Source: an uncultured virus (IMG/VR IMGVR_UViG_3300010938_000025)
Taxonomy: Duplodnaviria; Heunggongvirae; Uroviricota; Caudoviricetes
Virus record (IMG/VR): IMGVR_UViG_3300010938_000025
DNA: 64,000 nt
Reading direction: 5' to 3' (one strand)
Shown: positions 36,375 through 46,156 of the stretch, one piece after another
How the letters are laid out: the number at the start of each line of letters is the position of its first letter
Position numbering within the stretch: the first letter of the stretch is position 1
Notes under the pieces: generated by a model
Told to the model about the DNA's origin: nothing
Database searches by the model: none
Seen by the model: only the letters and a program-made list of their open reading frames with translations
Translations under genes and position numbers: made by a program

Positions 36375-36380
36375 GTCGAA

Positions 36381-36629
36381 CTATGACGCCTGTTTGTGTT
36401 CGGCAAACCACTGCTCCAGGCGCTCCCGTCTCCAGAAGAGGTGTCTGGGCGGCACCGCAACGTTCTCTACGGCAGCCCGCTCGTAGACGGAGCGCACCAG
36501 GGCGATGTAGCCTACCAGCCTGACCCAAAACCAGGGTGCAGTTGTCGCGTTCCAGCCTTCTGGAAACAGTGGTACGTGGTAGTCGCGTGCCAGTCCGACG
36601 ATACCCTGTACCGTCGGCTCGAAAGCTAG
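36381..36629 (-). CDS. -1 frameshift extension of tail assembly chaperone (gpGT-like)
   Basis: Open -1 frame from slippery A AAA AAC (36635-36629): LAFEPTVQG...PPRHLFWRRERLEQWFAEHKQAS*. Confidence 0.8.
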   Translation of the reverse strand, partial: LAFEPTVQGIVGLARDYHVPLFPEGWNATTAPWFWVRLVGYIALVRSVYERAAVENVAVPPRHLFWRRERLEQWFAEHKQAS

Positions 36630-37330
36630 TTTTTTAGTGCGTTCACATTGAACGAGAACGCATCCAACTCGGCGTACCGTGCCAATAGCAGGTTGTACAC
36701 CTGACCTGGCAATTGCATCACCGCCTCCGGTGAACTGAAGGCCCGCCGGGTGAACTTCTCATCCAGGTAAAAGGCCTGATGGATGGTCCAGTTGTTCCAC
36801 ACCCGGCTGAACTCGGTGGTGATGCGCGCCTGTCGTGCAAAGCCACGTCCCAACTTGCGCACGTCTTCTTCGGTCATCTGGCTGAAACCTTTCAACCAGG
36901 CTTCAAAGCGCTCGTTGACAAAGCGTGCGCGCGCCTCGACCAGCCGGGCTTTGGCGGCCTCGCGTTCATCCTCCAGCTCGGCAATATCGTCCAGAGTGGG
37001 GTGTTCAATGTCCGGTGACAGTTCCGGAAAGTCGCGCTCAGGCACCTCCAGAATAGCCTGTTGGGCCAGTTGGTTGCGCTGCGATGCGGTCACGTAGTCA
37101 CGCAGTTCTTCCAGGCCCATTTGTTCGATCTCGTCAAACGTTGCGTGTTCCTCAGGACTGCCCTCGGTGTCGATCAGGCGTCGCAGCCGCCGTGATGCCT
37201 GGCCGGCCATATTGGACCGTTGTTCGTCTTCAGCGGCTGTCAATACCCGATAGTAGAGTGTCTTCGGCTCACCTGAGGCTGTACGTAGCGTAATGCTACC
37301 TGTCAGTCTGAACAGGTCTTCAATTGACAT
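36626..37330 (-). CDS. Tail assembly chaperone
   Basis: Acidic helical protein between tail tube and tape measure, ending at the slippery site. Confidence 0.75.
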   Translation of the reverse strand: MSIEDLFRLTGSITLRTASGEPKTLYYRVLTAAEDEQRSNMAGQASRRLRRLIDTEGSPEEHATFDEIEQMGLEELRDYVTASQRNQLAQQAILEVPERDFPELSPDIEHPTLDDIAELEDEREAAKARLVEARARFVNERFEAWLKGFSQMTEEDVRKLGRGFARQARITTEFSRVWNNWTIHQAFYLDEKFTRRAFSSPEAVMQLPGQVYNLLLARYAELDAFSFNVNALKN

Positions 37331-37359
37331 GCTATCTATCCCTCTCTCAGGCGGTTAGA

Positions 37360-38184
37360 CTAGCTGAGCGCCATACCACCTGCCTGTTCGGCCTCGTTCC
37401 CTTTAGCCCGATAGCTATAGCGGCGGGTGGCAATGCCGTTAATCTGGGCTGCTTTGCCAACTGCACTGGACACACAATCGTAAATGGTGATGATTTTGGC
37501 GCCGTTACCGACGTTAATCACGATGTCACCCGGTGAGCTCAGGGTCAGCTCCGGATCGCTGGGTGCCATTGCATCGCTTTCGGCCCAATCCAGGTCCACC
37601 GTCACCTCGGTGTTGTTGTAGACGTAGCCGGCTGGATTGGCATTGCCCAATTCCTCCACCCGTTCGGCCCGCAGGGTCCCACGCACGGTGACGCCTTGCA
37701 GGCGTGAGCCGGTGGTACCGCCCACGCTGACGACCACATCTCTGGCGCGATAGGCTCCGGCCCCGGTTGGGGTTGTTTCACCTGTGAGTGTCGGTGAACC
37801 AGAGGTGCTGGCCGTCCCCTCGAAGGTCATGGTGCATTGGAAAAACCCGCCCACACGGACGGCGTACTCCAACGATTGGAGCTTGGCTCCGGTCAGACCA
37901 CCTTTAGGTGATACGATGGACTTCCCGCTGGCGGCCAGCAGGCTGGCCAGGGTCGTCCCACCCCAGAGGGTCTCGGTCGAATTGTCGATGCAGTACGTTG
38001 TCAGTCGCCCCCGGTGCGTGGCCGCGTCCTGCACGACACCGGTTGGTACCTGTGTCCCTAACTGGTAGGTGTTGGTCGTCGGGACCAGTTTCTCGATGTT
38101 AAAGCTTTGGGCGCGTTTTACCAGTGTGCCTTCGATTGCCACCGGATAATCCGGAGATGTCCAGGCTACGTTTTTGTCACTCAT
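37360..38184 (-). CDS. Major tail (tube) protein
   Basis: T/G/S-rich beta protein, apparently two tandem tube-like halves; strong RBS; synteny. Confidence 0.7.
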   Translation of the reverse strand: MSDKNVAWTSPDYPVAIEGTLVKRAQSFNIEKLVPTTNTYQLGTQVPTGVVQDAATHRGRLTTYCIDNSTETLWGGTTLASLLAASGKSIVSPKGGLTGAKLQSLEYAVRVGGFFQCTMTFEGTASTSGSPTLTGETTPTGAGAYRARDVVVSVGGTTGSRLQGVTVRGTLRAERVEELGNANPAGYVYNNTEVTVDLDWAESDAMAPSDPELTLSSPGDIVINVGNGAKIITIYDCVSSAVGKAAQINGIATRRYSYRAKGNEAEQAGGMALS

Positions 38185-38196
38185 AACCGTACCTCC

Positions 38197-38718
38197 CTAA
38201 ATTGCTACGATAAAGCTGCACATGAGTTCAAGCCAGTTGGCCAGGCTGGATTCTATTTGCAGGTCCTGGCCGACCGTGTGCGCCTGAATACGCCAGTAAT
38301 CCCGACCGGATGGTATCAGCCCGGCCGTACCGATGACAGGCTGTCCGGCCGCACCGTAATCCCGCAGTGTGATCTGCTTTAAGCCGTTTGTGTGCATGAG
38401 TGCTCCGGCCAGATCGTCCCGTTCGCTCCGATTACGCCCGAAGATGTGCAGGCTGGCCTGGGCCTCGCCAATCGCCGCACCACCCAACTCAATCGGATAC
38501 TTACGGTAACCGGTAATCTCGGTCACGATCACCGGCAGGTGGTGTGCCACAAACTCCACGTAAGGTCTCAGCACGAAGATGTGTGGCCAGACCGGTGGGT
38601 CTGTACGCCGTAAGTCATCTTCGTCGTACACGTTATAGGCTGCCAGTAACGTACCGCTCTTGAAGAAGTCCGCCACCGAATCTCTCAGACTGCGTTCGGC
38701 AATCCTCAGCTCAAACAT
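38197..38718 (-). CDS. Tail terminator/completion protein
   Basis: LPVIV, SLHIFGRNRSERDDLA; upstream of tail tube. Confidence 0.65.
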   Translation of the reverse strand: MFELRIAERSLRDSVADFFKSGTLLAAYNVYDEDDLRRTDPPVWPHIFVLRPYVEFVAHHLPVIVTEITGYRKYPIELGGAAIGEAQASLHIFGRNRSERDDLAGALMHTNGLKQITLRDYGAAGQPVIGTAGLIPSGRDYWRIQAHTVGQDLQIESSLANWLELMCSFIVAI

Positions 38719-39004
38719 GTTGCATGTACTCGACCAGGGCCGATCTGAGCCTGGAACGCATCTCCACTGCGGTCCGGGCGATATAGTGTTTGCCGGGCAC
38801 GGATGCCCAACCCGGCACGGGCATCTCACCCCCTTCAGCCCCTTCTTCGACCATCATCCAGTAGCGTGGCCGTCTGGCCGGATCACCCCCGAACCGGCCG
38901 GCTTGACGCTGGTCGGCTAACAACTGCTTCTGCAGTTGGTTCAGGTACCACCAGGCAAATCGTGCCTGGAAGAATCGGTCGGGCCGCTGCTTGCGTCTGG
39001 CCAT
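38711..39004 (-). CDS. Tail-completion-like protein (HK97 gp10-like C-terminal part)
   Basis: YWMMVEEG...PGKHYIARTA. Confidence 0.5.
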   Translation of the reverse strand: MARRKQRPDRFFQARFAWWYLNQLQKQLLADQRQAGRFGGDPARRPRYWMMVEEGAEGGEMPVPGWASVPGKHYIARTAVEMRSRLRSALVEYMQHV

Positions 39005-39005
39005 C

Positions 39006-39860
39006 TCAATCCTCGAAGTATAAGCGTTCCACTGCCCTGTAGCGTGCACCAAGCATACTGCTCAGTCGCTTGAGAGCCGCTTCAATGCGCATCAGGCGGC
39101 CTATCTCGGCACTGTATTCGCTCGCCTTATGTGGCTGGCGGAGAATCTTGTTCTCCAAAATGCCGATCCGGCGGCTGATCTTCTCCAGGCGCCGGTTTGT
39201 TCTGGCCTCCAATTGGGCCAGGCGGGTGGTGTGCCTGTAGATCACTTCTCCCCTGAGTTCTACCCCTCGCGTGCCGGGATACAACTCTGCCAGCGCCTGC
39301 CTGAAACGCTTGAAGGCGGCCTGCCCTCTGAGACCACCTCGCCAGTACTGCCTGAACAATCGCCGTTCCTCATGCGGCAGTTGCCGACGCAACTCTTTCA
39401 ACGTCGGTCCCCGCGCTGCTCGCCTGGCGGCACGGATCGCCGCGCGCTCGGCCTTTGCGGCCGCCTGTTTGGCGGCGCGCCTGGCGGCGCGCTCGGCGGC
39501 GCGCTGGCGTGCCAGCGCCTCTTTCTGCGGTCTGGCCACATTCGACCGGTACCAGCTCATGAACTCTTTGATGGTACCGGTCGGCGCTTTCTCCAACGGT
39601 CCCAGCCTGGAGAGCGGCGCTACCCCAACCATCCAGCCGGTGGGAATGCGCACAACACCACTGGTGACCCGTAGCGCATTCTCCAGATCGTGAAAGTAAG
39701 CCGATTGTCCTCTGACGCCACCGCCTATGTCGTCCCGCGCTTTCTCGACTAACGAGTCTGCGGCCGCCTGAGCCAGTCCTTCAAGCAGACGGCCCGAGTT
39801 CTGAACTCTGTCCTGCAGTAATCTCAGGCGATTGAGGAGACTCTGACCGGTAGCTGTCAT
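39006..39860 (-). CDS. Basic Arg/Ala-rich protein with gp10-like N-terminus
   Basis: 284-aa ORF in the neck module. Confidence 0.6.
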   Translation of the reverse strand: MTATGQSLLNRLRLLQDRVQNSGRLLEGLAQAAADSLVEKARDDIGGGVRGQSAYFHDLENALRVTSGVVRIPTGWMVGVAPLSRLGPLEKAPTGTIKEFMSWYRSNVARPQKEALARQRAAERAARRAAKQAAAKAERAAIRAARRAARGPTLKELRRQLPHEERRLFRQYWRGGLRGQAAFKRFRQALAELYPGTRGVELRGEVIYRHTTRLAQLEARTNRRLEKISRRIGILENKILRQPHKASEYSAEIGRLMRIEAALKRLSSMLGARYRAVERLYFED

Positions 39861-40050
39861 ACACCAGCTCTTTCATTTGACCGGCGAAAGCTTCCAGCGT
39901 GCTGAGCGTGATGGCTCGGATGGCTTCAAGCTGCTCACCGGATAGAACCTGGTCGCAGACGGCTAAAATTTGCGCCAGAGCGCGGTTCTTCATTTTGTCT
40001 ATCCACTGTAAGGTCTCTCTTCTTGTCTGATCTCGCATTTGACTTCCCAA
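39781..40050 (-). CDS. Hypothetical protein (start uncertain)
   Basis: Helical ORF bridging its neighbours. Confidence 0.45.
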   Translation of the reverse strand: MGSQMRDQTRRETLQWIDKMKNRALAQILAVCDQVLSGEQLEAIRAITLSTLEAFAGQMKELVYDSYRSESPQSPEITAGQSSELGPSA

Positions 40051-40472
40051 CCTGTCTGCTGCTCTACCTTGACCGGTGCAATCGATAGCGGTCGGAGCTT
40101 CTGTCCATCGGCCTCGATGTAGCCGTGCAGTTTGGACATGACCCGGTCGATTTGCGTCTTATGTCCACTGCGTACCAGGATGGTACAATCGGCGACTGGT
40201 CCGGTCTGCAGGACCTGACCGAAATTGGGTGTGCCCGGTTCGGGCCAGCTCACCCGTGCGCGTATCTGGAACTTGCGCCAGACGACGATTTTGCCCGCAC
40301 CGTTACAGGTGGTACAGGCAATGTCAAGTGCAGCCTGTGTGTACGGGTCCCAACCACAAGTCGTGCAGTCCGACTCGTCCGGTATATGCAGGGTGATAAT
40401 ATGGGTCAGCAAGTCGGATACATCACGTTGCAATCCGACCCGCTCGAAAGGTTGAACCTGGCTGCGTATCAT
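39999..40472 (-). CDS. Head-closure-like protein with Zn ribbon
   Basis: CTTC...CTTC; synteny. Confidence 0.6.
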   Translation of the reverse strand: MIRSQVQPFERVGLQRDVSDLLTHIITLHIPDESDCTTCGWDPYTQAALDIACTTCNGAGKIVVWRKFQIRARVSWPEPGTPNFGQVLQTGPVADCTILVRSGHKTQIDRVMSKLHGYIEADGQKLRPLSIAPVKVEQQTGWEVKCEIRQEERPYSG

Positions 40473-41239
40473 TGCCCTCGCGCCTGACGACTGGTCGTCC
40501 ACCAGTCGAACTCAGCCTGGTAGTAATCCGATTTGGCGCCTGGGATGTAGCTACCCAGTTCGCTCTGGGTGACGATCTGCATTAAAGCCTGTTGGATTTG
40601 TCGGTCGTAGTGTTCGAGTAACGCCTGTAGCGCGGTGGCCTGGCGACTGCGGTCAACCATCATCCCGCCGGACCGATTCTCGCGGTAGGCGAAATGGTGG
40701 GCCGCCGAGTAAATCAGCCTGGCCTCGGCCAGCGCCCGCAGACAGCACAGCATGTAGAGATCGATATGTGCGCGACTGGTGGAGAAGGCTACATCGGCGC
40801 CACTTCTGTCCTGCACGGTTGGATCGACAACCGTCGTGCTGCTACTCGATATGAACTGGCTACCTGAGTCGGTGACCAGATACCAGCCCTGCGGCCAGAC
40901 CCGTTGCATATGGTCGAAGCCGGCCCGGGCGACGTCCAGCAATTGTGACCTGGTCAGGTCTACGGCCGTGTAGCTGGCATACACCTGCCCGGTCGGGGCC
41001 GTGGCAAACGTGATACTGCCGGTTGCGTAATCATCCACCGTGAAATCGGTCGCGGGGATGGGTGAACCGCTGGCGTCGTAAAGCGTGACATCGCCCTCCA
41101 GGGCCGGTGGACTGCTGAGATGGAATAGCCTGTTGGCGCCATCCACCAGCCCGTCCAATGGCTCGCGCGTGACCTTCTGTGTATTGAACACTACCGAGCG
41201 TTGCAGATCGGCTACGGCCTGATCGAGTGAGTAAGCCAC
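40469..41239 (-). CDS. Head-tail adaptor-like protein
   Basis: Helical termini with inserted beta domain (DGANRLF...GSITFATAP); synteny. Confidence 0.6.
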   Translation of the reverse strand: MAYSLDQAVADLQRSVVFNTQKVTREPLDGLVDGANRLFHLSSPPALEGDVTLYDASGSPIPATDFTVDDYATGSITFATAPTGQVYASYTAVDLTRSQLLDVARAGFDHMQRVWPQGWYLVTDSGSQFISSSSTTVVDPTVQDRSGADVAFSTSRAHIDLYMLCCLRALAEARLIYSAAHHFAYRENRSGGMMVDRSRQATALQALLEHYDRQIQQALMQIVTQSELGSYIPGAKSDYYQAEFDWWTTSRQARGQ

Positions 41240-41256
41240 GCACGCCTCTCCTGCGG

Positions 41257-41775
41257 CTAAGCCATACGTCTGATCTCTTCAATCCGAGCCTGAATGGCCT
41301 GGACGAGCCAGTCACGGTTCCGCTGATGCTGCTCCAGATACAACGCCGCCTGCAGGACCGGGATGTAGACGTTCTTCATGTAGGCCACATCTACCGGCTC
41401 GCCCGCCCGGTTCATGTGAGCGGTGAAGTTCACCAGTTTCAGAGCTTCCTCTGGTTCAGACTCAACCATACGCTGGATGTACTCGCGCATACGCGGATTG
41501 GCCGGCTTCAGGTGTGTGGGCAGGACCACCTGTCTGGTAGTTGCCGGCCTGGCCCCGCGGCTGATGCGTATCAGCCCGGAGGTTTCCAGCTTAGCCACGT
41601 CGTCCGACTCTTCAAAGAGTGCTTCGTACTTCTCAGGCACCACGTAGCTCTGTCCCGGCGGAATCATGATGTCCCGAGGCGGGCGAGGCGACTCTTGATC
41701 TGGATGGGGAAACCCCACGGCCGATTGGCTCAGATTGGTAATTATCAGTCGGTCGGTCTTAGAATGCCTGCTCAT
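41257..41775 (-). CDS. Hypothetical protein downstream of capsid
   Basis: 172-aa ORF. Confidence 0.65.
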   Translation of the reverse strand: MSRHSKTDRLIITNLSQSAVGFPHPDQESPRPPRDIMIPPGQSYVVPEKYEALFEESDDVAKLETSGLIRISRGARPATTRQVVLPTHLKPANPRMREYIQRMVESEPEEALKLVNFTAHMNRAGEPVDVAYMKNVYIPVLQAALYLEQHQRNRDWLVQAIQARIEEIRRMA

Positions 41776-41797
41776 CTCTATCTCTCCAGCCCTCGCT

Positions 41798-42718
41798 TTA
41801 AGTAATCTCCAGCCTCCAGAGACCGTACTCGTTCAGTACGGCGTAGGACAGGCGTTCGTCCCAAACGTAGTGATCCTCTTTCTTGTAGATGTCTACGTCT
41901 GAGGCCGTCCGGGTATCCCCCAACTGCGTCTTGACGCCAACCATGCTCGGCGCAACGCTGAAGTATACGTAGTTGGACGGAACCGTATGCCTGGCAATCC
42001 AGGCCGCCCCGCCGTAGTTGGAGATGTAGCCTTGTCGGAGAATCTCTTCGCCCCGCTCCGGTCCTGTCAGCCACATGCCGTCCGCCGGCCAGGTCCAGCT
42101 GGTCATATCCATAGCCCGACCGGTGTTGATGACCACCTGCGTAATCTGCCAGCCTGCAGCATTGGCCGAGGCAAAAATGCTGTCCACAGCCGCCTTGGTC
42201 ATGCTCGAAGCGACGGTGGGAGTATGCCCGGCCACGCTCGACACGGCCGCATCCAACACGGCCTGGGCCAGGGCATCTCGCTTGCGGGCCAGCTCCTCGG
42301 CGCATTCGACCTGCTTGCGCGCCAGGACATCCCAGCCGGCGTTGGCCATATCATCCCAGCCGATGGCCAGACCGACATCGATCATGGTGAAGTCGGGTCG
42401 GAAATACCGCCGGCCAGGTCGGGTGAACAGCGCCTGTCCGGTCGGACCGGTGTAGAAGGCGGCGCAGGTGTAGTCGTCCAGCGGTAACGCCGGGTCTTCA
42501 CCATCCTTCAGGTTACGCTGGACGAAGAACGTCTGTGTCCACTCAACGTAAGGCGCGATCTTGCGGATGGGTTCGATCAGGGCCGCGGCCAGCTGGTGAT
42601 GCATGTTGACGTCGGTGGAGCGGCCGACTCGCCTGAGTAGAGCGTTGATTTGCTGTTTGCCGGCAGCCGTGATGATCAGTTCTCCACGCTGCGGATCGTA
42701 CTTGTATAGCTCAGCCAC
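41798..42718 (-). CDS. Major capsid protein (probably HK97 fold)
   Basis: 306 aa, strong AGGAGG RBS, position after protease/scaffold and decoration genes. Confidence 0.8.
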   Translation of the reverse strand: MAELYKYDPQRGELIITAAGKQQINALLRRVGRSTDVNMHHQLAAALIEPIRKIAPYVEWTQTFFVQRNLKDGEDPALPLDDYTCAAFYTGPTGQALFTRPGRRYFRPDFTMIDVGLAIGWDDMANAGWDVLARKQVECAEELARKRDALAQAVLDAAVSSVAGHTPTVASSMTKAAVDSIFASANAAGWQITQVVINTGRAMDMTSWTWPADGMWLTGPERGEEILRQGYISNYGGAAWIARHTVPSNYVYFSVAPSMVGVKTQLGDTRTASDVDIYKKEDHYVWDERLSYAVLNEYGLWRLEIT

Positions 42719-42734
42719 TTCAGGGTACCTCCTT

Positions 42735-43223
42735 CTAAGTCGCGTTAATACCGGTGAAATCGAACCGGATGCGGGCTACGTTGTACGCCCCGGCCGGGTC
42801 TTGCACACTAAAGGTCGCCACAACCTGCCCGATCTTGACCGTGCCGCTGGTGGCATACCTGCCACCCGCGCCTGCGTACAAAACGGTCCCTACGCTGGGC
42901 ACAGCCCCGGAGACGAACAGTTCCGGCCCGGCCAGGGCCTCGAAGGCCCCCCAGACGTAGTTGCAGTACTTGCCGCTGTAGTACTCGTTGAGCTTCGGCT
43001 TACCAGTTTTGGCCACCGGCATATAGGTCAGGCCGAAGTTCTCATAGAACACGCCGGCTGCGGCCTCATTGGCCCCGCACACGGCCAACTCGCCGTTGCT
43101 GAGTTTGGCCACCATCCCGTTGTAAGTGTCGGTGGCCGAACCAGAAGTGGCCAGCACGTGCTTACCGTCGTACACGGCCGTCTGTGGCGTCAGGATCTGA
43201 AAATAGTATGTTTGGTCCGCCAT
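42735..43223 (-). CDS. Capsid decoration/cement protein
   Basis: G/A-rich beta protein (VGTVLYAGAGG..T...IGQV) just upstream of the capsid gene. Confidence 0.65.
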   Translation of the reverse strand: MADQTYYFQILTPQTAVYDGKHVLATSGSATDTYNGMVAKLSNGELAVCGANEAAAGVFYENFGLTYMPVAKTGKPKLNEYYSGKYCNYVWGAFEALAGPELFVSGAVPSVGTVLYAGAGGRYATSGTVKIGQVVATFSVQDPAGAYNVARIRFDFTGINAT

Positions 43224-43245
43224 CTGAATTTACCTCCTGTTTGAC

Positions 43246-44877
43246 TTAGCCCATTGCCCGTGCCAATTCGGCGAAACCGAACTCGGGCTCGCTTGACTGT
43301 GCACCCACGACCAGCTCAGGTGGTGGTGCTACCTGTGGCTCACCTGAGCTTTTGGTTGCGGCCATCAGCTCGTTACCCATGCGCAAGATCGTCTCGAAGA
43401 CCGGCTGAGTCATGTCGGCCAGTTCAGGGAGAAGCGCCCTGGCACGCTCGGTCCCTAAGGCCGCGGTTAGATCGAGCAGCCTGTCGATGACAACCTGATG
43501 CCGGGCCTGAGCGGCTTCGAGCTGTTGCTGTGTCTGGTCCAGTTGCGCCTTAAGTTGTTCGACCTGTTGCTGGAACTCGCTCGCCTGTTCCATATTTACA
43601 CCTCCCGTTGTAGAATCTATCTGACTGGCGGTGGTTTCACCGCTGTATCCTCCGCAATGTTTCTCCAGATATGCAATTGCCCGCTTGCGCACCATCGCCC
43701 GCTCTGCGTCGCTGAGGTTTTTGGCTTTGGGGAGAAGCTGTAAGGCTTTGCGGGCGTGCTCGCAATCGGGGATGGGGAATCGACGTACCTTCCTGCCGCC
43801 GACGTCCTGAATCAAGGCGAACTGACTGGAACGCAGGCGCTTGCGTTGTTGGTAGCTGAGGTCTTTAGCCTGCAAGGGGCTGAGACCGTCCGGACCGTTC
43901 CAGAAGTTCTCTTCATCTTCCAGGGTATACAGGTCCACGACGTTCGCCCCCAGGATCGGCTCCCAGGTCGACCTGACGGGTTCCAGCGTATCACCCAGCG
44001 TCACAGTTTCGGTGGTGTCATCAAAGGTATAGTCCAGCGCATAACGGTTATTGCCGCTTTGGTCTTCGACGATACAATAATCCTCAAAGGTCTCAACCAG
44101 GAACAGGGGCTCAGGTAAAGCCCTGAGTGCACCCATCAGGCGGCGGGTGCGCTCGTCCAATGAGGCTGAGGCGATGTATTCAAACTCGTCGCCTGTCAGT
44201 GAGGCCAGCAGGGTAATAGAGTTCGCGTCAATGTTGGGGACGGCGGCCGCCGGTGTTTCGGTGAGAGCTGCGCCAATCCCTTTCAGGTGATGTAACCACC
44301 GGACGGCACCGTGCTCCCGGCGGGCGGTCACCGAGCCGATGTGTTCACAGTAATCGGCCGGTCGGGTGAAGCTCTGATTGCAGATACTGCATACGGCGGT
44401 TTCGCCTACGGCTTCGACCGAGAGCGCATACTGACCGGCCTTGAGCTTTTCGGCTTCAGCCGGATAGCGTCTGGCCCAGAATGCGCCGTCGATAAAGGCC
44501 GTATCGCCACGCCGTCGGGCGGCGACGATAAACCCGCCGATTTTGTCCCAGCCATGTTCGATGGTGATGGGCATCCAGGGCAGGGTCTTCACCAGCTCAT
44601 CGATTCCGGCCTCGGTGATACCATCCTGGTTCCCATTCACCCCGGCCGGAGCCAGGGGACGGTTCTTGAAGTAAATGATCTCACCGCTTTTAGCTGCCAT
44701 CAGCAAATGCTCCTCCAGACTGTGGTTGGTCTGGACGTCATTGGTCCCGGCCTGACGACTCAGGCTGGTATAACAGATTTTGATCGCCGCTTCCTTTGTG
44801 TGTCCGCTCTGGGTCAAATCGGCCACACACCTGTCCATTGCTGCCCACTTGTCGGGCGGAAGTCCATTCCAGGGCAT
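43246..44877 (-). CDS. Prohead protease-scaffold fusion with DUF6582-like segment
   Basis: PITIEH, LSVEA, CSIC..CEH, GAALTETPA; QRKRLRSSQFA...RFPIPDCEHARKAL; C-terminal coiled coil. Confidence 0.75.
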   Translation of the reverse strand: MPWNGLPPDKWAAMDRCVADLTQSGHTKEAAIKICYTSLSRQAGTNDVQTNHSLEEHLLMAAKSGEIIYFKNRPLAPAGVNGNQDGITEAGIDELVKTLPWMPITIEHGWDKIGGFIVAARRRGDTAFIDGAFWARRYPAEAEKLKAGQYALSVEAVGETAVCSICNQSFTRPADYCEHIGSVTARREHGAVRWLHHLKGIGAALTETPAAAVPNIDANSITLLASLTGDEFEYIASASLDERTRRLMGALRALPEPLFLVETFEDYCIVEDQSGNNRYALDYTFDDTTETVTLGDTLEPVRSTWEPILGANVVDLYTLEDEENFWNGPDGLSPLQAKDLSYQQRKRLRSSQFALIQDVGGRKVRRFPIPDCEHARKALQLLPKAKNLSDAERAMVRKRAIAYLEKHCGGYSGETTASQIDSTTGGVNMEQASEFQQQVEQLKAQLDQTQQQLEAAQARHQVVIDRLLDLTAALGTERARALLPELADMTQPVFETILRMGNELMAATKSSGEPQVAPPPELVVGAQSSEPEFGFAELARAMG

Positions 44878-44963
44878 AGGCACCTCCAAAAAAAAGGGCC
44901 GCGCGTTATAAATCGCGCAGCCCACAGGGCCACTGAAGGGCCACTCTGTTGAGTTATGCAATT

Positions 44964-44992
44964 AGTTTAATACGTTTTGTCAAACGTGTCAA
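44964..44992 (-). promoter_or_regulatory. Promoter for the head gene block
   Basis: Minus strand TTGACA-17 bp-TAAACT with a second TTGACA 9 bp downstream. Confidence 0.65.
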
Positions 44993-45189
44993 ACCGGTTG
45001 CGGGAGTCGTTTGAGGTATCGCTCCCACGAATAGTTTTTGAGGACCAGTTCGGCGCTCAGGCCGGTGTTATCCAGGCTGAGTTGCATGAACGTGGGTACG
45101 CCCTCTCGAATGCGCACCAGATAAAGCGTTCCCTCAACCGGCAGGCAGGCGACAAAGCGTACAAAGTTACCGTGAATTCCATTGAGCAT
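44989..45189 (-). CDS. Hypothetical protein
   Basis: Short ORF with GGAG RBS. Confidence 0.45.
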   Translation of the reverse strand: MLNGIHGNFVRFVACLPVEGTLYLVRIREGVPTFMQLSLDNTGLSAELVLKNYSWERYLKRLPQPV

Positions 45190-46156
45190 AGAGGGTCTCC
45201 AGGCGGTCGATTGACTCTGACCAGGTATAACTCTGGACGGTTTCAAAGCCGCCCCGTATCAGTCTTTGGGCCAGTTCGGTATCGTTCAGCAATAACCGGA
45301 TGGCACGCGCAATCAGAGTGTTATCGTACCAGGGCACGACAATGCAGTTATAACCGTCTCGAATGAAATGCTCGTTACCGTGACAGGCGGTGGTAATCAC
45401 CGGGCAGCCGCAGGCCATCGCCTCCAGTATCGGCAGCCCAAATCCCTCGTGCAGCGAAGGTTGTAAGAATACGCTGGCCTGGTTATAGAGTTCGCACAGC
45501 CCGGCGTCGGTCGGTTTGAGAATGTACTGACCGGGCGGCTCCAGCGGCATGGGTTCGACCCCGAACAGTTTGAGAGGCGGTCTGGGGTTGAGCAGACGCC
45601 AGGCGCCTAAGATGGCCGTCTGATTCTTGAGAACCTCACGCCGGCCGATGGCCAGAATACTTCCGTCGCGCGCCTGCTGCGTCGGTCTGAAAACCTCAAG
45701 GTCCACCCACGGTGAGACTATCTCGGCCTGCAGGCCGAAATAGCGCCTGAGCGTCTGCTGTATCCAGGGCGAGGTCGTGACGTAAAACAGGTCAGGCGTA
45801 TAAGTCGCATGGACTTGCAATTGATAGGCCGGGTCCGTCAGTCGATAGCTTGATTCGATGTCTTGCACAAAGTACACGCCCGTGCCACGCCGCAGACAAC
45901 TGCGTCTGACCAGGCTCGCCGTTTCCCACCAGGTGGCGACCTTGAGTCCGTCAGTCTCGTATAGCGCAGCCAGCATTGCCTGGTAGCTCTGGAACGCCAC
46001 CACCGGCACATCCAGGTCAGTCCACTGTGTGTCGCTGAGAGCTATGACGAACAGTTGGCAGTCATGCCCCCGTGCTGCCAGACGGTTGAGGTGCTCAAAC
46101 ACCACTCTGGGGCCGCCGCCAATACCGACCCGTGGCAGGCAGTATGTAATCCTCAA
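45167..46156 (-). CDS. Glycosyltransferase, GT4 (GT-B fold)
   Basis: GGGPRVVFEH, ATWWET, EGFGLPILEAMACG. Confidence 0.92.
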   Translation of the reverse strand: MRITYCLPRVGIGGGPRVVFEHLNRLAARGHDCQLFVIALSDTQWTDLDVPVVAFQSYQAMLAALYETDGLKVATWWETASLVRRSCLRRGTGVYFVQDIESSYRLTDPAYQLQVHATYTPDLFYVTTSPWIQQTLRRYFGLQAEIVSPWVDLEVFRPTQQARDGSILAIGRREVLKNQTAILGAWRLLNPRPPLKLFGVEPMPLEPPGQYILKPTDAGLCELYNQASVFLQPSLHEGFGLPILEAMACGCPVITTACHGNEHFIRDGYNCIVVPWYDNTLIARAIRLLLNDTELAQRLIRGGFETVQSYTWSESIDRLETLYAQWNSR

